From a virus (lineage: Duplodnaviria > Caudoviricetes): a stretch of DNA of 46,337 nt. The notes below the pieces were generated by a model that was given only the letters and a program-made list of their open reading frames with translations, had not been told where the DNA came from and did not search any database. Positions 28,350-36,228 of this stretch are shown here, in pieces. The DNA lies in IMG/VR virus record IMGVR_UViG_3300025875_000047, positions 1 through 46,337 of that record, one strand, 5' to 3'. Every line of letters starts with the position of its first letter. The stretch's first letter is position 1. The position numbers were made by a program, and so were the translations under genes.

Positions 28350-28697
28350 TTAAAGTTCAGCCCCGCAATGCGGGCAGTCGCGCCGCCCAGTGATATAACG
28401 ATGTTCGCCGCGCGAACAGGCTTGGGTTTCTTCAATGCCCACACTCCGGCCGAACGCCGCCATTGCGCAGTTGCAAGGATATCCGCGAAGGCTGGCGCAA
28501 CGATCGTCGCATAGATCAGTTGCCCGCTTCGGCGCAGTCTGATCGAACATATCGATACCGTTGACGTTGCGCGATGAAGCGCCACACCGCTTACACTCGA
28601 AAGCTGATCGGCCGCGCGTCATTCGCACAAGACCGGGGCAACCGCCGCAGTAGGGCAGATATCCCGGTTCGCCAACTGAAGGTCCATGCAATCCCAT
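28350..28697 (-). CDS. Multi-Cys zinc-ribbon-like hypothetical protein
   Basis: CGGC, CKRC, CDDRC..CNC and C..H..CPHC clusters; GGAG RBS. Confidence 0.6.
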   Translation of the reverse strand: MGLHGPSVGEPGYLPYCGGCPGLVRMTRGRSAFECKRCGASSRNVNGIDMFDQTAPKRATDLCDDRCASLRGYPCNCAMAAFGRSVGIEETQACSRGEHRYITGRRDCPHCGAEL

Positions 28698-28744
28698 AAT
28701 ACTTACTCCGCTATGCGGAGCGGCCGAAGCCGCCCCTAGGTCGA

Positions 28745-29014
28745 TCAGCGCCCGGCCCAATGCGACGTATCGCGATCGTAATAGGACTGCGGCAAAGCGT
28801 AGCGACGATCGTAATCGGCTGCGATGACTGCGCCGATTTCTGGCAGCGACAAACCGCTGTAGTCAGGCAAGGCGAATGCACCAGCGAAAGCCGGGGCAAC
28901 AATCGTCGCAATGCAATGCGCCTTCGCTGCGCAATCATGAACCGTCGCAACAGGCCGCATAAGCGTCGTCAGCGCGTGAAGCCGCGAAGTGAGTTGCTGA
29001 TTTGCCGTCATCAT
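28745..29014 (-). CDS. Hypothetical protein, first gene of the early cluster
   Basis: Preceded by a promoter, ACCGGGCA and AAGGA RBS. Confidence 0.6.
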   Translation of the reverse strand: MMTANQQLTSRLHALTTLMRPVATVHDCAAKAHCIATIVAPAFAGAFALPDYSGLSLPEIGAVIAADYDRRYALPQSYYDRDTSHWAGR

Positions 29015-29046
29015 CGTCGTGTTCCTTGCCCGGTGTTGATGAACTC

Positions 29047-29075
29047 TATCTAGGTGCCGCAATCGCCGCTGTCAA
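29047..29075 (-). promoter_or_regulatory. Sigma70-like promoter
   Basis: TTGACA-N17-TAGATA. Confidence 0.7.
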
Positions 29076-29099
29076 CCCCCATATCGTCGCATTTTGCCC

Positions 29100-29335
29100 T
29101 GAAGGTCGATTTAAGGGGTTTTAAGGGCTGATTTAGCGGCTAAGTCATTGATTATCCATGTTATTTAATAAGTTTAATAGTTTAATAGATAGATAGTATA
29201 GTAGAATGCGACGAATGCGAGCCCCGATCCCTCCCGCTTCCCCCTACCTGACCCCCCGGTCATTAAACCCGAAAACCCAAGCAAATCAGCCATTTAGCTA
29301 TTAAACTGCCATTAAACCGCTATTAAACTCGCCCA
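29100..29335. other. Putative replication origin
   Basis: Non-coding, AT-rich core; GTTTAATA/ATTAAAC repeats; two IHF-consensus matches; directly downstream of the primase-helicase gene. Confidence 0.65.
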
Positions 29336-29336
29336 A

Positions 29337-31733
29337 TCACCTGAACGCCCCGATATTCGCGACTATGAACATGCGGGCTGAAGCACCATATTTCGAATGC
29401 GCCTGCGCCTTGGGAAGTTCGCGAAGTTCGTCAGCGTCTAGAAGGAACTGCGATGCACGCTTGATTGCATTCGTTGCGCCTAGGCGATCAGTGCGGAACG
29501 ATGCGACGGCCATCAAGCGCCGGGTCAGCGCTGATAGCGGGATCACGCCGTCGCGCGCCATATCGGGCGATACGCCGTACTTCAGCCCGTTAGGATCGCC
29601 GGTCAGCCAAAGCGTAATGATCTTCTTCATATCCTTGATTTGCGCAGCTTCAGACGCGCCAAGCGCACCGGAACCGACTTCGCCAGCTTCGAAACGTGCC
29701 AGCAAGTTTTCAGCGTCAGCGACGACAAGCGACGTTGCCCATTGTGCCGTATCGAAGTCGATCACGGGCGCGTAAGGATCGTTCCCAACAGCGACAAGTG
29801 CGGCAATCTTCATCGCCTTAACGTGGGCACGGTTCCATAGCTGGCGGTTCGTTTCGCGTGCCTGCGGATCATTGATCGACGTATCGCAATAGTCGTTAAA
29901 CTGATCGAAGAGCGCTTCAGCGTCCTTCGTCATATGCACGTTCTGCGCCCCGCCCTTTTGCATGATTTCGAGGCAATGTCCGATGATAATCTTCATCTTA
30001 TCGACAAGGCCGAAGGTCGGTTGCGCGTTGACGTGCGACTTGTTCAGCGGCGGGCGCTTGCCCCGGTATTCGATCGTATGGAAGCGGGGCAACAGCCCTT
30101 CGCTAATCATATGTTCGTCTAGCACTTCATAGAAGCGTTCAGGCGTACTTTCGCCGATTAGGGTAAATGCGGGGCTTGCGATAGGATCGGTGTTCTTTTC
30201 CTTGTCGCTATACGCCATCGGATTAAGGACGTTGCCGTTTCCCGACTTGCCATAAAGGTCGAGTAGCACGCGCTTCAGGCCGATTTCGGATGACGATGCG
30301 TTCGGCTGCGCCATGCTCTTCAGCCGAAGACCGAACTCGCCTGTAACCGATACGAAGCACGGCGATTTCGCCAGCCATTTAAGAAGCGCAGCATCGGAGC
30401 GGATTTCAGCCGGGCCGACGAACTGGCGTGCCGATGCGATCCCGTTTTCTATCGTGCCGACGACTTGCTTCATCAACTTCGAGATACCCGCGTTGATGGC
30501 TTCTTTGCCCGTGCCCGTTGGCGCGATCAGCAAGACGTATTGGTTTAGGCCCGTGCCGCTGACGTTATACGCGCGGCCGATGATGCCTGCGGTTAGGCCA
30601 ATCGCGCCGACTAGGGCGCACTCGCGAACAGGACGTGGCGCTGCGGCATAGATGAATTCGGCTATCTCTCCGACAAGACCCGGCGGGAATAGCTTGACAG
30701 GATCGAATGCGGGCGTCATCGGTGGCGGCGCTGCTAGAGCCTTGCCCGGTTCAACGGCCGGGGCGGCGGGTGACGGTCCTTCCTCACTTGCCGTCCCGAT
30801 GTTTGCCGGGTCGCTCGCAATCATCGCTTCAAACTGCGCCTTCAGCATCGCGAGCCCTTCGATATCGACGGGCGGAAGCTGGCGATCGAACGCCTTGTTA
30901 ATCATGTATTCGCGATAATTGCGACGCTTCGCCTTATCGCGAGCGCCAAGCGGCGACGCTAAGAAGATACGTTCAATCTGTTCGCGGTTTTGCGTGTAGA
31001 ATGCGACGATATCAACGAACGCGAAGTCGGCTTCAGATTGCGACGAATAGATCGAACTCCAATCGCCTTGAAGAAGCGTGCGGAACTTGTCACCGTTCGC
31101 AGCTTCGAGCGCTCGCATGATGATCGTGTTATCGTCGGCCGTTTCAGGCGCATTGCCTTCGTGACGATAGATCGCCGCAGGCCCGCCCATTTGTGCCCAC
31201 AATAGATGATACAGTTCGCCGCGCTCTTCGATAGCGCCTTCGCGATAGACGTTGCCCGTCATCGTCATGAAGCGCTCTTGCGTATAGACTTCGATCGCGC
31301 TGCGCTTGCGGCCATTGGCGACAGGCGGCGTGTTGACGATCAAGTGAAGCCCGGTGCCGCTTGGGCTCCATTCGGTATAGGTGGCGAATTCGCTGAAGAC
31401 GCGCTGTTGCCGCTCGAATATCTCTTGCGGGTTGGGATACTTGAATGTGCCGTTCGCGTCAGCTTGCCAAGCGTTGTCAAGATCGATGAAGCCGAACGGG
31501 TCTTCGCGGGTCAAGACGAAGCCGATCCCGGCTAGTTCACCTTGCGCACCTTCATACGCCTGAACAGCCTGATCGAACGTGCCCCAAGTGCCCCGGTTCG
31601 TAACTGACGCATGGCCGCGAAATAGCGGCGAATAGGGAACCTTCGTCGGCTTGCCCCCGTCAGTCTCTTCGAACTTCCACACTACCCATTGCGGATAGTC
31701 CCGCATTTCGGCGGGAATGCGATCGAATGTCAC
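29337..31733 (-). CDS. Primase-polymerase (AEP, NrS-1-like) fused to a P-loop helicase-like domain
   Basis: QWVVW, KVPYSP, FIDLD, SPSGTGLH, IEVY; SQSEADF helical-bundle motif; Walker A APTGTGKE; GTG start overlapping the upstream stop. Confidence 0.9.
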   Translation of the reverse strand: MTFDRIPAEMRDYPQWVVWKFEETDGGKPTKVPYSPLFRGHASVTNRGTWGTFDQAVQAYEGAQGELAGIGFVLTREDPFGFIDLDNAWQADANGTFKYPNPQEIFERQQRVFSEFATYTEWSPSGTGLHLIVNTPPVANGRKRSAIEVYTQERFMTMTGNVYREGAIEERGELYHLLWAQMGGPAAIYRHEGNAPETADDNTIIMRALEAANGDKFRTLLQGDWSSIYSSQSEADFAFVDIVAFYTQNREQIERIFLASPLGARDKAKRRNYREYMINKAFDRQLPPVDIEGLAMLKAQFEAMIASDPANIGTASEEGPSPAAPAVEPGKALAAPPPMTPAFDPVKLFPPGLVGEIAEFIYAAAPRPVRECALVGAIGLTAGIIGRAYNVSGTGLNQYVLLIAPTGTGKEAINAGISKLMKQVVGTIENGIASARQFVGPAEIRSDAALLKWLAKSPCFVSVTGEFGLRLKSMAQPNASSSEIGLKRVLLDLYGKSGNGNVLNPMAYSDKEKNTDPIASPAFTLIGESTPERFYEVLDEHMISEGLLPRFHTIEYRGKRPPLNKSHVNAQPTFGLVDKMKIIIGHCLEIMQKGGAQNVHMTKDAEALFDQFNDYCDTSINDPQARETNRQLWNRAHVKAMKIAALVAVGNDPYAPVIDFDTAQWATSLVVADAENLLARFEAGEVGSGALGASEAAQIKDMKKIITLWLTGDPNGLKYGVSPDMARDGVIPLSALTRRLMAVASFRTDRLGATNAIKRASQFLLDADELRELPKAQAHSKYGASARMFIVANIGAFR

Positions 31734-31924
31734 GCAACAACTTCCAAACTGCGGAGATACGCGCAAAGCTTTTCAACTTGAATGACGCCCGGATTAGGCA
31801 TCAAACCTCGATGAAAGCGGGACAGCCATGCGTGCGATATGCCGCAACCTTCGCTGACTTCTTTCAATGTCGCGGGGCCGCAGCGGCGCGCAAGGCGCTC
31901 GCGTGTCTCTTCGAGCAAGGTCAT
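31730..31924 (-). CDS. Cro-like helix-turn-helix regulator
   Basis: TLKEVSEGCGISHAWLSRF...NPGV..VEKL. Confidence 0.85.
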   Translation of the reverse strand: MTLLEETRERLARRCGPATLKEVSEGCGISHAWLSRFHRGLMPNPGVIQVEKLCAYLRSLEVVA

Positions 31925-31930
31925 AGGCGA

Positions 31931-32001
31931 CGGCTAGGCGACGCGCCCGCCGATTGTCAATGCGAAATAGTTGTTGACTAGCAATTCGCCGGGGCTATGA
32001 G
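31931..32001. promoter_or_regulatory. Divergent promoter pair
   Basis: Minus strand TTGACA-N18-TAGCCG (31960-31931); plus strand TTGACT-N16-TATGAG (31974-32001). Confidence 0.6.
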
Positions 32002-32093
32002 GGTCAGCAAGCGGCGCTGGCAGACCGCAGGGACGCTTCAAGGACATATAGTCTGCTAACACTGAACCGGGCAACGAAGAAGGAATTAGCATC

Positions 32094-32645
32094 ATGGCAT
32101 GGGGACAATCACCGCAGGCTGCGCAGTCGGTTAATCCGGCGGATTTCATCGAAACTGTCATCGAAGGTCAGACGGTCAAGATCGATCGCACGACGCCGCA
32201 GGGCATCGCGCTTCGGGATGCTGCGCTTGCGCGCCACGAAGCCGCGAAGGCTTTGCTCGAAACCGCCAAGGCCGACGAAATGGAAGCGCGCAAGGAAGCC
32301 TTCAAATGGGCGTTCGGCGGCGACGCGAACGAAGGAACGAACCGCGTCGAACTGAACAACGGCTATGCGCTGAAGGGCGTGCGCAAGGTCAACTATAAGA
32401 TCGCCGTCAGCAATGACACGATCGACGCCGCTGAAGACAAGATGCCCACGCTTGGCAACGAAGCGACGTTCTTGTTCGAACGCATCATCGTTTGGACCCC
32501 GGAGTTCAGCAAGTCGGAATATAACAAGCTTGACACGGGCAACCCGACGCATCGCGCGGTGAAGGCCGAAATCGACAAGCTGATCGAAACGACTGATGGT
32601 GCGCCGACGCTGACGATCGAAGCCCCCAAGGGCTCTAAGAAATAA
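32094..32645 (+). CDS. Conserved-type phage protein, first gene of the replication operon
   Basis: 183 aa; AAGGA RBS; EGTNRVELNNGY motif. Confidence 0.8.
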   Translation: MAWGQSPQAAQSVNPADFIETVIEGQTVKIDRTTPQGIALRDAALARHEAAKALLETAKADEMEARKEAFKWAFGGDANEGTNRVELNNGYALKGVRKVNYKIAVSNDTIDAAEDKMPTLGNEATFLFERIIVWTPEFSKSEYNKLDTGNPTHRAVKAEIDKLIETTDGAPTLTIEAPKGSKK

Positions 32646-32646
32646 C

Positions 32647-33423
32647 ATGGCTTGGCCGACTAAACAAGTGAAGATCGGTGATGCGGTTCTTTATCGTGGT
32701 GATTGCTGCGAAGTTCTAAAGACGATCGATTCGGTTGATCTTGTAGTTACAAGTCCACCCTATAACTTAGGAGCGATGCCGTGGAAGCCGCTAGGTAACT
32801 GGAAACCCGGCAACATCGCAGGCGCGGGCGGTGGCGCGAAATGGAAACTCGGCCCTAATTCCGGCAACGGCGTAGCTTACGGGCACCATTCGGACGCGAT
32901 GCCTTGGGCTGAATACGTTAAATGGCAACGGGAAGTCATTTTGCTGCTATGGCAACGGCTTTCCGAAACTGGCGCAATCTTTCTCAACCATAAGGCTCGC
33001 GTTGTCGGCTCAAAATTGTGGATGCCAACTGAATTGTTGCCCGAAGAAGTTGAATTACGCCAAATCATAACTTGGGCTCGGCCGGGAGGGTTGAATTACA
33101 ATCCTGTTGCATTCATGCCGACAAGCGAATGGATAATGCTCATAGCGAAGTCAGCTTTTCGCTTGAAGTCGCGTGGCGTTTCGGGCTTGGGCGATGTTTG
33201 GGTAATGAAACCGGACCGAAGCAATAAGCACCCCGCTCCCTTTCCAGTTGAATTGCCGATGAAAGCTATCGAAGCAACAAATGACGGCGTAGTCTGTGAC
33301 CCGTTCATGGGTTCGGGTACGACGGCAATCGCTGCAATTCGGAGCGGAAGACGATTTGTCGGTATAGAAGTTGATCCGCGCCATTTCGATATGGCTTGTG
33401 ATCGCATTAAAGCGGAGCAATAA
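32647..33423 (+). CDS. DNA amino-methyltransferase (beta class, probably m4C)
   Basis: VVTSPPY, HPAPFP and DPFMGSGTT motifs. Confidence 0.93.
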   Translation: MAWPTKQVKIGDAVLYRGDCCEVLKTIDSVDLVVTSPPYNLGAMPWKPLGNWKPGNIAGAGGGAKWKLGPNSGNGVAYGHHSDAMPWAEYVKWQREVILLLWQRLSETGAIFLNHKARVVGSKLWMPTELLPEEVELRQIITWARPGGLNYNPVAFMPTSEWIMLIAKSAFRLKSRGVSGLGDVWVMKPDRSNKHPAPFPVELPMKAIEATNDGVVCDPFMGSGTTAIAAIRSGRRFVGIEVDPRHFDMACDRIKAEQ

Positions 33424-33426
33424 CGA

Positions 33427-34125
33427 ATGGCCGTTCAAGTCGTCATGACAAATCAAGTCAGCCAAAAGGCGGGCGTGAAGTGTCTTGTATATGGCAAGTC
33501 GGGCATGGGGAAGACGCGGCTGATCGCCAGCGCGCCCCGGCCCTTCGTCATTTCGGCCGAACGTGGGCTTTTGTCGCTGCGGCAATTCAACATTCCCGTT
33601 ATTCAGGTTCGGACGATCGGCGAACTTCGCGAAGCATATGAATTTGTGCTGAAGCCTGCCAATCGTCGCAATATCGGCACGTTGGCGCTTGACAGCGGGT
33701 CCGAAATTGCCGAAGTTTGCCTTGCGGAAGAGAAAAAGAAGAACCGCGATCCTCGCAAGGCTTACGGCGAAATGGGCGATATCCTTGTTCAAGCATTTCG
33801 CGACTTCCGCGATATCGACGGAATGAACGTCGTCTTTCTCGCGAAGAACGAAACCGTCACCGATGGCACGACGGGCGCATTGCTTAATCAGCCGTCGTTT
33901 CCGGGGAAGCAATTGGCGCAGGCTGCGCCGTACTTCTTCGATGAAGTATTTCAGCTTAATCAGTTTCATGACGCGGAAGGCAAAAAGCTTTACGCGCTCC
34001 GAACTTCCCCTGACCCGCAAAACGTGGCGAAGGATCGAAGCGGCATACTTGCCGAATGGGAAAACGCCGACCCCGCAACAGGTGGCGGATTGACCAATAT
34101 GTTTAACCGAATGTTGCAGGGGTAA
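33427..34125 (+). CDS. Sak4-like AAA ATPase / annealing recombinase
   Basis: YGKSGMGKT, SAERG, LDSGSE, AKDRSG; adjacent to the SSB gene. Confidence 0.85.
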   Translation: MAVQVVMTNQVSQKAGVKCLVYGKSGMGKTRLIASAPRPFVISAERGLLSLRQFNIPVIQVRTIGELREAYEFVLKPANRRNIGTLALDSGSEIAEVCLAEEKKKNRDPRKAYGEMGDILVQAFRDFRDIDGMNVVFLAKNETVTDGTTGALLNQPSFPGKQLAQAAPYFFDEVFQLNQFHDAEGKKLYALRTSPDPQNVAKDRSGILAEWENADPATGGGLTNMFNRMLQG

Positions 34126-34130
34126 CGAAT

Positions 34131-34874
34131 ATGGTAGCCTATTCATTCAATCCGGCGCAGTTCGCGCCGTCCTACGGCGGCGGTGACAGCTTGGGGCCGG
34201 GGCGTCACCAGGTCGTCATCACGAAGCACGTTCTTCAGCCCACGAAGGATGGTCAGAACGGCTTCATCGCACTGACGCTGACAGCGATCGACGGGCCGCA
34301 GAAAGGCGCGTCGAAGACTGACCGGCTGAACGTTCACCATTCGAACCCGGATACGGTTCGCATCGCGAATTCGCAGCTTTCGGCATACTGCGCCGTCACC
34401 GGGACCGGCGCGTTCACCGATCTTGAACAGCTTCATAACAAGCCGTTCGTGGTCGAAATCGCTCCGCAGCCGGGAAGCGACAAATACACCGACGTTACCG
34501 CACTTTTCACGATGGACGGTCTTTCGGTGCAAGACGCGGCGCAGCGCGGGCCGCAGCGCGGTGGCGGCAACGCCCCGGCCGGGTTCGGCGCATCCGGCAA
34601 CATGCCGCAGGGCGGTCAGCCGCAGGGCGGCGGCTTCGGTGGTGGCGCTCCGCAGGGCGGCGGTGCCCCGGCTGGCGGCGGGTGGTCGGCGGCTCCGGGC
34701 GCTGACACGGGCGCAGGGCAGGCGCAGGGCGGCGCTCCGGCCGGTGGCGGCGGTTGGGGCGGTGCTGGCGGGGCTCCCGCTGGCGGTGGCGCTCCGGCGG
34801 GCGGCGGCTGGCAACAGGGCGGCGCCCCGGCTGGCGGTGCCCCGGCGGCTGGAGGTTGGGGTCAGCGCGCATGA
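34131..34874 (+). CDS. ssb: Single-stranded DNA-binding protein (DUF669-like) with a Gly-rich tail
   Basis: DRLNVHHSNPDTVRIA...LHNKPF domain; low-complexity C-terminus; follows the Sak4-like gene. Confidence 0.75.
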   Translation: MVAYSFNPAQFAPSYGGGDSLGPGRHQVVITKHVLQPTKDGQNGFIALTLTAIDGPQKGASKTDRLNVHHSNPDTVRIANSQLSAYCAVTGTGAFTDLEQLHNKPFVVEIAPQPGSDKYTDVTALFTMDGLSVQDAAQRGPQRGGGNAPAGFGASGNMPQGGQPQGGGFGGGAPQGGGAPAGGGWSAAPGADTGAGQAQGGAPAGGGGWGGAGGAPAGGGAPAGGGWQQGGAPAGGAPAAGGWGQRA

Positions 34875-34880
34875 CGGATA

Positions 34881-34905
34881 CCGGGGGTTATTGCGTAACC
34901 CCCGG
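34881..34905. repeat. Perfect 10-bp inverted repeat overlapping a putative promoter of the HNH gene
   Basis: CCGGGGGTTA-TTGCG-TAACCCCCGG. Confidence 0.75.
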
Positions 34906-34926
34906 CTATTCTGCTACTGATCGCCT

Positions 34927-35268
34927 ATGAATGACTTTCCCGTTTGTCCCACCGAAGGTTGTAACAATAAGCGCCAAGGGCGTGGCAACGGGAAAGTTCG
35001 TAAATGGTGTTCAACTTGCTCGCGTAAGAAATGGCCGCCGAACAAACAAAGTTTTAGCGGAACTAAGCGTGCAATTGAATATCGGCGTAACAAAGAGCCG
35101 TATTGTTCGATATGTGGTCCAACAGTTGAATATCATAGCTGTCAACTCGACGTTGACCATATCGACGGAAATCATAAGAATAACAGATTAGATAATCTGC
35201 AAACCTTATGCGCTAATTGTCATCGGATGAAGACATTCAAAGAAAGACAATTAGCGGCTATTCGGTGA
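34927..35268 (+). CDS. HNH endonuclease
   Basis: CSICG, LDVDHIDGNHKNNRLDNLQTLCANCH; AT-rich relative to its neighbours. Confidence 0.92.
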   Translation: MNDFPVCPTEGCNNKRQGRGNGKVRKWCSTCSRKKWPPNKQSFSGTKRAIEYRRNKEPYCSICGPTVEYHSCQLDVDHIDGNHKNNRLDNLQTLCANCHRMKTFKERQLAAIR

Positions 35269-35332
35269 ACTGCGAAGACGGCTGATCTAAGCGTTGCGGC
35301 CATCGACTACAGTTTCGATAGCTTCGCAGTTC
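35267..35332 (+). ncRNA. Candidate structured RNA (three-way junction) in the leader of the nuclease gene
   Basis: 11-bp perfect closing stem enclosing two 5-bp hairpins. Confidence 0.4.
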
Positions 35333-35354
35333 TCCCAATAGTGAACCGGGCATC

Positions 35355-36227
35355 ATGTTTGATCTAACAACCGAAGCCGGTCGCATAGCGCTGGCGAAGC
35401 GCATATCTGACGACGTTGAAGCCGCGAGTGAAGAACACTTCGCCGAAGGCTTCCGTCGTCATTTAGGCGCGTCAATCATCGGGCACGAATGCGCCCGCTA
35501 TTGCTTTAATAACTTTCGTTGGGTTCTTCGCGAGAAGGTCGGCGGGCGTATGCGCCGCTTGTGGAACCGGGGGCATCTTGAAGAACCCCGCATGATCGAA
35601 TGGCTTCGGCTGATCGGCTTCACTATCCACGAATTCGACGCCGAAACCGATAAGCAATATCGGATCGAAGGCGCACAAGGGCACTTCGGCGGTTCCCTTG
35701 ATAGCATCGCCTTCGCCCCGGAGCGCTACGGCTTAGGCAACATTCCGCTTCTTCCTGAATACAAGACGCATAACGACAAGTCATTCAAAGACTTGAAGAA
35801 GCATGGAATGCGCAAGTCAAAGCCGCAGCACTTTAAGCAAATGTCTTCGTATGGTCGCGCCTACGGGATCGCTTACGGGTTATATGCCGCAGTCAATAAG
35901 AACGATGACGAACTTTATTACGAAATCGTTGCACTCGACTACGGGCAGGCCGACGACTTGTTTCGTAAAGCCGATTATATCATCTTCAATCAAGACCCGC
36001 CGTCGAAGATCAGCAATACGCCAACCTTCTATAAGTGCAAAATGTGTTCGTTCGCGGGTATCTGCCATCTAGGCGACAGCCTTGAAAGGAATTGCCGCAG
36101 TTGCATCAATGCCCGGCCAATCGAAAGCAAGGAATGGTGGTGCGAACTCCATAGCCCTGAAGCTAACGCGCCGATCCCCGGCGACGTGATACCGCACGGC
36201 TGCGCAAGTTGGAAGCCGATCGTCTAA
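35355..36227 (+). CDS. Cas4-like PD-(D/E)xK exonuclease with Fe-S-type cysteines
   Basis: HLGASIIGHECAR, GSLD, EYKT, QMSSY and CKMCSFAGIC. Confidence 0.88.
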   Translation: MFDLTTEAGRIALAKRISDDVEAASEEHFAEGFRRHLGASIIGHECARYCFNNFRWVLREKVGGRMRRLWNRGHLEEPRMIEWLRLIGFTIHEFDAETDKQYRIEGAQGHFGGSLDSIAFAPERYGLGNIPLLPEYKTHNDKSFKDLKKHGMRKSKPQHFKQMSSYGRAYGIAYGLYAAVNKNDDELYYEIVALDYGQADDLFRKADYIIFNQDPPSKISNTPTFYKCKMCSFAGICHLGDSLERNCRSCINARPIESKEWWCELHSPEANAPIPGDVIPHGCASWKPIV

Positions 36228-36228
36228 C

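Noticed and set aside
31730-32093. Lysogeny switch
   Set aside because: Only one short HTH gene; no CI-like repressor, integrase or partition genes seen
33151-34146. 331-aa minus-strand ORF
   Set aside because: Antisense to the clearly identified MTase and Sak4-like genes; no recognisable motifs
34875-35354. Group I intron or tRNA around the HNH gene
   Set aside because: Flanking genes are intact, the non-coding flanks are too short for an intron core, and there is no cloverleaf
35355-36227. CRISPR-Cas system suggested by the Cas4-like gene
   Set aside because: No repeat-spacer array or other cas genes; solo Cas4-like nucleases are common in phage recombination modules
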